Below, one piece after another: positions 58,692-64,000 of a DNA stretch of 64,000 bases. Position 1 is the stretch's first letter. Each line of letters begins with the position of its first letter. The stretch is taken from positions 41,275 to 105,274 of IMG/VR virus record IMGVR_UViG_3300001450_010303, one strand, 5' to 3'. The position numbers and the translations under genes are program-made. The DNA comes from a virus. The notes beneath the pieces were generated by a model, which worked only from the letters and a program-made list of their open reading frames with translations, made no database searches and had not been told where the DNA came from.

Positions 58692-59111
58692 ATGAAAATT
58701 ACAACAGCAAGATTAAAAGAGATCATTAAAGAAGAGATAGAGGCAAATGCTAAACTCCGCCAAGAGTCCCTATCAGAAATCACCCCACAGATGATAGCCC
58801 AGTTTGCCTGGGAAGATGGAATACGAATTATAGATTTTGGAGATCCCAATAAAGAGCCGAAGCTTAGCTCCGACGATAAAAAGCGTATCGCTCAAATCAT
58901 TGCCGATGAGGCCGAAGTTGAGATCAATAGCTGGGGAGATGCGACCGATCGCAACATTACCCTAGATTTTAAAAATTTCGAAAGTAAAGTCTTTTCAGCG
59001 TTGTGGCATAAACACAAGCAAGCAGCCGAGCGTGAACTCCCCCAATACAATGATGAACGCATCGACGATGGGGGTCCGTATGATCCCGCGGCTGAAGAAG
59101 CAGGATATTAA
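58692..59111 (+). CDS. Hypothetical protein with MKIT..RLKEIIKEE leader
   Basis: Leader shared with the ORFs at 59148 and 63475; preceded by ACTATTTA. Confidence 0.6.
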   Translation: MKITTARLKEIIKEEIEANAKLRQESLSEITPQMIAQFAWEDGIRIIDFGDPNKEPKLSSDDKKRIAQIIADEAEVEINSWGDATDRNITLDFKNFESKVFSALWHKHKQAAERELPQYNDERIDDGGPYDPAAEEAGY

Positions 59112-59147
59112 AATGACCTGGCCGGCAAGGAAAGGTTTAAAGGTATA

Positions 59148-60059
59148 ATGCAGATCACAGAACACAGATTGCGACAGATCATTATAGAAGAGGCACAAGT
59201 CCGTTTCATTAACGAGATTATAGAAGAAGAATTGTATGGCGTTCTTTTCGAAAGTGATGAAGATATTGAAAGCAAATGGAAGAACAGTCAAACATTTCGT
59301 ACGAAAGTTAAAAATGCTTTAAGAAATTTTGATGAACTACCATCCATAAAAAAGAAAACAGTTATCATGATTTTGGGCGCCCTCGGCGCTCTTGGAACAC
59401 AGCTGACGGCCGAATTCGCTCATGATGATCAGAAGAGAGAAATTAAAACTCAACTTAGGAAAGATAAGGAGGCATACGAAGACTACCGTTTTGGTACAGT
59501 CGAAGATATTAAGCATTTTAGAGATGCCGCAACATCAGAAGGTTCTGTCATTGACAAAAATGATGCCGAGGGTATCAAAAACGTAAAACAAAAGTTTCTG
59601 AAACGCGGTGTAGAACTCGCCCCAATCATTGCAGATAATGCTATAGCCTTGACAACAGGGACAAACGACTTTGTATACACACCAGCAGACACCATGACCG
59701 ATGAAGAGTGGATGCCATTTGTTGGAATGACAAAAAAAGCATGGGAGGCCATAGTCCGAACGTGGTTACTGGATACCGACGGACGAGAGAGACTAGAGAA
59801 GTTTATTGGGACGTCTGAAAAAACCCAAGCAGTATTTTGGGCTTATGACTCAGACGGACAACTATTTTCATTTGCCGACGACTCCGGACAATATATGTGG
59901 TTGCCGCCAGAGTGGTCGGTTGCCTATGAAGTTATTCAAAAGAACAAAGCCCGGGCCGGCAACTCCGAAAAAAACGACAGTGATTTGAATATTTTTGGAG
60001 ATTCTGGCATAGGTGTATGGAAAGAAACTTTGAGAAAGTACTTGACATCTCTCCCATAA
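59148..60059 (+). CDS. Hypothetical protein with MQIT..RLRQIIIEE leader and one hydrophobic segment
   Basis: Leader motif; VIMILGALGALG segment. Confidence 0.6.
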   Translation: MQITEHRLRQIIIEEAQVRFINEIIEEELYGVLFESDEDIESKWKNSQTFRTKVKNALRNFDELPSIKKKTVIMILGALGALGTQLTAEFAHDDQKREIKTQLRKDKEAYEDYRFGTVEDIKHFRDAATSEGSVIDKNDAEGIKNVKQKFLKRGVELAPIIADNAIALTTGTNDFVYTPADTMTDEEWMPFVGMTKKAWEAIVRTWLLDTDGRERLEKFIGTSEKTQAVFWAYDSDGQLFSFADDSGQYMWLPPEWSVAYEVIQKNKARAGNSEKNDSDLNIFGDSGIGVWKETLRKYLTSLP

Positions 60060-60070
60060 GGGAGTATATT
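60042..60070 (+). promoter_or_regulatory. Sigma70-type promoter
   Basis: TTGACA-17 nt-TATATT. Confidence 0.7.
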
Positions 60071-60089
60071 TAATGTATAAGGAGCAATT

Positions 60090-60248
60090 ATGTTTAACTT
60101 TAAGAATGCTGTTTCAACCTTTCTCGACAAAAAAGTATTAGGTAACGTGACTTTGATGGAGTCTGGTATTCTGATGTCTATGTTTGTTGGATTTGTTTTA
60201 GTTGTGAATACATTAAGCTATATTGTTGCTTGTAACATCGCAAGCTAA
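60090..60248 (+). CDS. 52-aa small membrane protein (absent from the ORF track)
   Basis: AAGGAG SD; MFNFKNAVSTFLDKKVLGNVTLMESGILMSMFVGFVLVVNTLSYIVACNIAS, one hydrophobic helix. Confidence 0.65.
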   Translation: MFNFKNAVSTFLDKKVLGNVTLMESGILMSMFVGFVLVVNTLSYIVACNIAS

Positions 60249-60251
60249 TTT

Positions 60252-60293
60252 AAACACTTCTACTATCATTTATTAGTGGAGGTGTTTGTTTAT
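60252..60293 (+). terminator. Stem-loop, terminator/attenuator-like
   Basis: AAACACTTCTACTA-8 nt-TAGTGGAGGTGTTT (14 bp with two G-U pairs) followed by GTTTAT. Confidence 0.5.
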
Positions 60294-60304
60294 AAGGAGA
60301 GTAT

Positions 60305-63300
60305 GTGAGCATTAAAATCGCACACGTATCGGACATTCACGTCCGGAAATTAAAGTACCACAAAGAGTACCGCGTAGTATTCGAACGATTATACAAGAAG
60401 TTACGCGAGTTAAAACCAGATATTATTGTCAACACCGGAGACACTTTCCACACTAAGTTGGATTTATCTCCGGAAGCAATACGCATGATGAGCGAGTTGT
60501 TTGCTAAGTTGGCAGATATTGCTCCGTATTATATGATCTTGGGAAACCACGATATGAACTTGAAAAACGGTGCTAGGCTAGATGCTATCACGCCGATCGT
60601 CGAGAACTTAAAACACCCAAACTTACATTTCATCAAAAATACAGAAACCATTGAAGTCGCAGACGGCATCGACCTGCGTGTGCTTTCTATTGTTGATCCA
60701 GAGAACTGGCCCGAGACACTACCAGATGACCGCGTAAATATCGCACTCTATCATGGATCTATCGCGGGTTCAACGACTGACACCGGTTGGGTGATGACTC
60801 ACGGTGACATCGACATAGACACACTTGCCAAATATGATTATGGTTTGTTAGGTGACATTCACAAGACACACCAGAAGATTGATAACGACGGCAAGTGCGC
60901 TTATCCTGGTTCGCTGATTCAACAGAACCACGGGGAGACTCCAGATAAGGGTTTCCTATTATGGGAGATTGAAGATAAAGATACATTCACGTGTAAGCAT
61001 CATCAGGTTGAAAACCCGAAACCGTTCATCACTATTCAGCTAACTCCAAAGGGCAAAATGCCCCGCCGAGCAGATCCTCCAAAGGGCGCACGTTTGCGTT
61101 TGGTGAGTAATAACAACTTGCCACTTAGTACGATGAAGCGAGCAATTGATATTGCGAAGCATCGCTTTAAACCGGAGGTAGTCACTTTCTTAAACAGAGC
61201 GGCGGGAGAGCGTGGAAATGTTGAGGATATCACAGACACACTAAAGACAGAAAACTTGCGAGATATTGATGTCCAAGAAGAATTGATGGATGAATATCTA
61301 AAAGACTATCAAGCCGACGCATCAACGATAGAAATGGTTTATGAGTTAAATAGAAAGTATAAGAAGCAAGTAGAGGACACAGAGGAGATATCTCGGAATG
61401 TGAATTGGAAACTATCTAATTTTGAGTTCGACAACTTATTCAATTACGGAGAAGATAATAGTGTTTCATTTGATAAACTTAATGGGATCGTGGGCATTTT
61501 TGGAAAGAACTATTCTGGGAAGAGCAGTATTGTTGATGGTCTGCTTTGGACTGTTTTTAATACAACCTCGAAAAATGAAAGGAAGAATGTTAATGTTATT
61601 AACCAGAATCGGCCTTCGTGCCGAGGAAAAGTAACAATTGAGGTTGGCCATAATATCTACACGATCGAAAGAACAGCCGAGAAATACACGAAGAAATTGA
61701 AAGGTGAGGTGACTGAAGAAGCCAAGACTGATCTGAACTTCGAAGTTCTTGATAAAACCACCGATGAAATCCGCTCACTAAACGGCCTCAGCCGGCCCCA
61801 AACAGACGCAAACATCCGCAAGCACTTCGGCACCATTGACGACTTCTTGGTGTCTTCACTAGCGTCTCAACACGGAGCATTAGCATTTATTGACGAAGGC
61901 TCGACACGGCGTAAAGAAATCATTGCTAAGTTCTTAGATTTAGAGGTGTTTGAGCAAAAGTTTAAGCTGGCTAAGGAAGACAGTTCTGATCTTAAAGGCG
62001 CCCTAAAACGCTTGGAGTCACGTGAGTATGAAGAAGAAGCGAAAGAAGCGACTGAGGAATTGGATTCAAAGCGCCAAACATTGTTTGTTCATGAGGGAAC
62101 TTGCGAGGTGTTAGACCAGAAAATCATTCAACTAACAACAGAATGTGTGAAGCTCAATGATATGATCGAGTCAATACCTGCGGAGATCATTGACATCGTC
62201 GCGACAAGAAAAGATATCAAACAGAAACAAGCGAGAGTGAAATCATTAACCAGCGAGAACAAAAAGAGTGAAATAGATCTTGGAGTGAAGAACGGATTAT
62301 ACGAGAAGGTCGAGAAGTTTATAGCGGGTGTAGATATTGATACACTTACTGAAACCCAGAACAATATCAATAAGCTAGAAGGCGATAAGCAAACACACGA
62401 ACACAACCTGGCCATATTAATCACGGAGATCAATGACATTGAAAAGAAATCACATCTTCTTGATGATATTCCATGCGGAACGCAGTTTTCAACATGTAAA
62501 TTTATCAGTGATGCGAATGTCGCTGTCGCAAATTTATCACATGTTGAAAACGATAGAGACGATATCTCCAAGAACATCAAGGAAATAGAGAGCGACATCA
62601 ACGACTTGGGGCCAGTAGAAGTCGCAAGACAAATAGATCAACACACACTAATAGTTGAGAAGAGAAACGATATCGCAAATGATATTGCGAGTATTAACCT
62701 ATCAATAGAAAGAAATACGTCCTCTATCGATCGTATAGGCTATGAACTGAAAGAGTTGGAGAGCAAAAAGCAAGAATATGATGAGAACAAAGAAGCGATC
62801 GAAAACCTTGAAGAACTAAATGTAGAACTGGGCGTTTGTGAAGAGAATCTTACATCCGCAAGACTGCAATGTACTGAGTGCCGAGAGCAAACGCTAGAAC
62901 TATATAAGAGTGTAGGCTCTCTCGAACAAAAGGTCGAGACAATCGAAAATCAAAAACAAGAATACATAGATTTACAGGAGGAATATTCAGCTTATGATCT
63001 TTACATGCGTTGTATGCATACATCTGGGATTGCTTATGATATTATTAAACGGAAGCTACCGGTCATCAACCAAGAAGTCGCGAAAGTCCTTGCCAATATT
63101 GTCGAGTTTGAAGTCTTCTTCGAAGATAGTGGAAAGAAATTTGACATATTTATCAAGCACCCAAGGCATGAACCCCGCCCAATTGAAATGGCATCAGGAG
63201 CAGAGAAATCTTTGGCTGCCATAGCCATTCGTTTGGCCTTGTTGGGAGTATCTTCGTTGCCTAAATCTGATCTTTTCGCCCTCGATGAGCCAGGAACTGC

Positions 63301-63463
63301 CTTAGATGAAACAAATATGGAGGGTTTTATTAGGATCTTGGAACTAATTAAAGTGTATTTTAAGAATGTTTTGTTGATCTCGCACCTTGATTCGCTCAAA
63401 GACTGTGTTGATATGCAAATTGAGATAGATAAAAAAGACGGATACGCAAGAGTAAATCAATAG
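60305..63463 (+). CDS. Fused SbcD/Mre11 nuclease - SbcC/Rad50 ATPase (T4 gp47-gp46-like)
   Basis: Phosphoesterase motifs SDIH, GDTFH, GNHD, GDIH, YPGS; Walker A GKNYSGKS; coiled coil; signature ASGAE; Walker B ALDEP; ISH. GTG start after AAGGAG. Confidence 0.9.
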   Translation: MSIKIAHVSDIHVRKLKYHKEYRVVFERLYKKLRELKPDIIVNTGDTFHTKLDLSPEAIRMMSELFAKLADIAPYYMILGNHDMNLKNGARLDAITPIVENLKHPNLHFIKNTETIEVADGIDLRVLSIVDPENWPETLPDDRVNIALYHGSIAGSTTDTGWVMTHGDIDIDTLAKYDYGLLGDIHKTHQKIDNDGKCAYPGSLIQQNHGETPDKGFLLWEIEDKDTFTCKHHQVENPKPFITIQLTPKGKMPRRADPPKGARLRLVSNNNLPLSTMKRAIDIAKHRFKPEVVTFLNRAAGERGNVEDITDTLKTENLRDIDVQEELMDEYLKDYQADASTIEMVYELNRKYKKQVEDTEEISRNVNWKLSNFEFDNLFNYGEDNSVSFDKLNGIVGIFGKNYSGKSSIVDGLLWTVFNTTSKNERKNVNVINQNRPSCRGKVTIEVGHNIYTIERTAEKYTKKLKGEVTEEAKTDLNFEVLDKTTDEIRSLNGLSRPQTDANIRKHFGTIDDFLVSSLASQHGALAFIDEGSTRRKEIIAKFLDLEVFEQKFKLAKEDSSDLKGALKRLESREYEEEAKEATEELDSKRQTLFVHEGTCEVLDQKIIQLTTECVKLNDMIESIPAEIIDIVATRKDIKQKQARVKSLTSENKKSEIDLGVKNGLYEKVEKFIAGVDIDTLTETQNNINKLEGDKQTHEHNLAILITEINDIEKKSHLLDDIPCGTQFSTCKFISDANVAVANLSHVENDRDDISKNIKEIESDINDLGPVEVARQIDQHTLIVEKRNDIANDIASINLSIERNTSSIDRIGYELKELESKKQEYDENKEAIENLEELNVELGVCEENLTSARLQCTECREQTLELYKSVGSLEQKVETIENQKQEYIDLQEEYSAYDLYMRCMHTSGIAYDIIKRKLPVINQEVAKVLANIVEFEVFFEDSGKKFDIFIKHPRHEPRPIEMASGAEKSLAAIAIRLALLGVSSLPKSDLFALDEPGTALDETNMEGFIRILELIKVYFKNVLLISHLDSLKDCVDMQIEIDKKDGYARVNQ

Positions 63464-63474
63464 GAGATTACAAA

Positions 63475-63822
63475 ATGAAGGTAACCAAGAGACAACTTAA
63501 ACAAATTATCAAAGAAGAGCTAGAGGCGGTATTAGACGAAAGGTTTACGCTGCCTGCTCAAGCAAAAGATATGACTGCATCAGGACCAATGGGGACAAAA
63601 CAAAAGGCGAACCAAGAACGCCACCTAGCGCGCAAGAATGCCAAAGCCAACGAGGCAGATTTCGCCGCCAACTCCACCAAGGAAAATTGTCAACAGCTAT
63701 CTGCAGCTTCGAGGAAGGCCTGGAGCAACATCGAGACCGATACCAGCGCGCATTGGACTTATACGAGCGCCGAAGAGGGCATGAAGAAATATAAATGCAA
63801 GCAAAAATTTGGAATCGAGTAG
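63475..63822 (+). CDS. Hypothetical protein with MKVTKRQLKQIIKEE leader
   Basis: AGGAG SD; leader motif. Confidence 0.6.
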   Translation: MKVTKRQLKQIIKEELEAVLDERFTLPAQAKDMTASGPMGTKQKANQERHLARKNAKANEADFAANSTKENCQQLSAASRKAWSNIETDTSAHWTYTSAEEGMKKYKCKQKFGIE

Positions 63823-63833
63823 GAGATTAAACA

Positions 63834-64000
63834 ATGTCAGACGAAAACGACGATAAAAACGAATTTGATTTTCTGCCTCCCGCAGAACCACCTCCCGCGT
63901 TTGCGCAGGAAAAAGACAGCTATCACGAATCAGTAGAAGCAGAAGACTTTGGTATGGTAGAGGACTTCGGATTACAGATGGAATACTCTGATGAAGATTT
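63834..64000 (+). CDS. Acidic N-terminus of a gene running off the window
   Basis: AGGAG SD then MSDENDDKNEFDFLPPAEPPP..., with no stop before 64000. Confidence 0.6.
   Translation, partial: MSDENDDKNEFDFLPPAEPPPAFAQEKDSYHESVEAEDFGMVEDFGLQMEYSDED

Noticed and set aside
59113-59149. Sigma70 promoter at TATAAT 59144
   Set aside because: It overlaps the start codon and lacks a correctly spaced -35 element.
1-64000. The many short minus-strand and nested ORFs in the ORF track
   Set aside because: All lie inside long, motif-bearing + strand genes and have no recognisable motifs; they are shadow ORFs.
1-64000. Stop-codon reassignment, introns or inteins
   Set aside because: Genes are full length and tightly packed under code 11 with TAA, TAG and TGA all used as stops; no intein or homing-endonuclease motifs were noticed.
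63834-64000. Functional assignment of the last, truncated ORF
   Set aside because: Only an acidic, low-complexity 55-aa N-terminus is visible.
1-64000. tRNA or rRNA genes
   Set aside because: Intergenic gaps are very short and no cloverleaf or T-loop signature was seen in them.

Overview
This window is almost certainly part of a large (jumbo-type) contractile-tailed bacteriophage genome. It is AT-rich, read with the standard bacterial code, and every credible gene lies on the + strand. It has four blocks. (1) 1-14.6 kb: a tightly coupled glycan/nucleotide-sugar cluster with SDR epimerases, a B12-radical SAM enzyme, a split TPP enzyme, four glycosyltransferases (three paralogous), UDP-glucose dehydrogenase, a sulfotransferase, Gmd + Fcl/ColC + ColD-like enzymes (candidate GDP-colitose route), a methyltransferase, and split HldE-like kinase/nucleotidyltransferase, HAD phosphatase and cupin genes. 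(2) 14.6-16.4 kb: small genes and a gp55-like sigma factor. (3) 16.4-56.2 kb: a baseplate/tail module with an M15 peptidase-domain protein, gp25- and gp6-like wedge proteins, 2326-, 3485-, 1185- and 1495-aa virion-type proteins, and paralogous tail proteins. (4) 56.2-64 kb: RuvC-like resolvase, SlyD-type PPIase, primase, a fused SbcD-SbcC (gp47-gp46), and genes sharing an N-terminal 'MKIT..RL(K/R)(E/Q)II.EE' leader. The leading hypothesis is a phage-encoded virion glycosylation system: a complex glycan pathway next to tail proteins dense in an [S/T]-[G/A/S]-S motif that may be the acceptor sequon. Other signals are a candidate late promoter ACTAWTTA, strong over-representation of GGCGCC/GCCGGC, GC-rich modules inside tail proteins, and a domain shared between two otherwise unrelated tail proteins. 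All assignments come from motif recognition by eye; no database searches were run.
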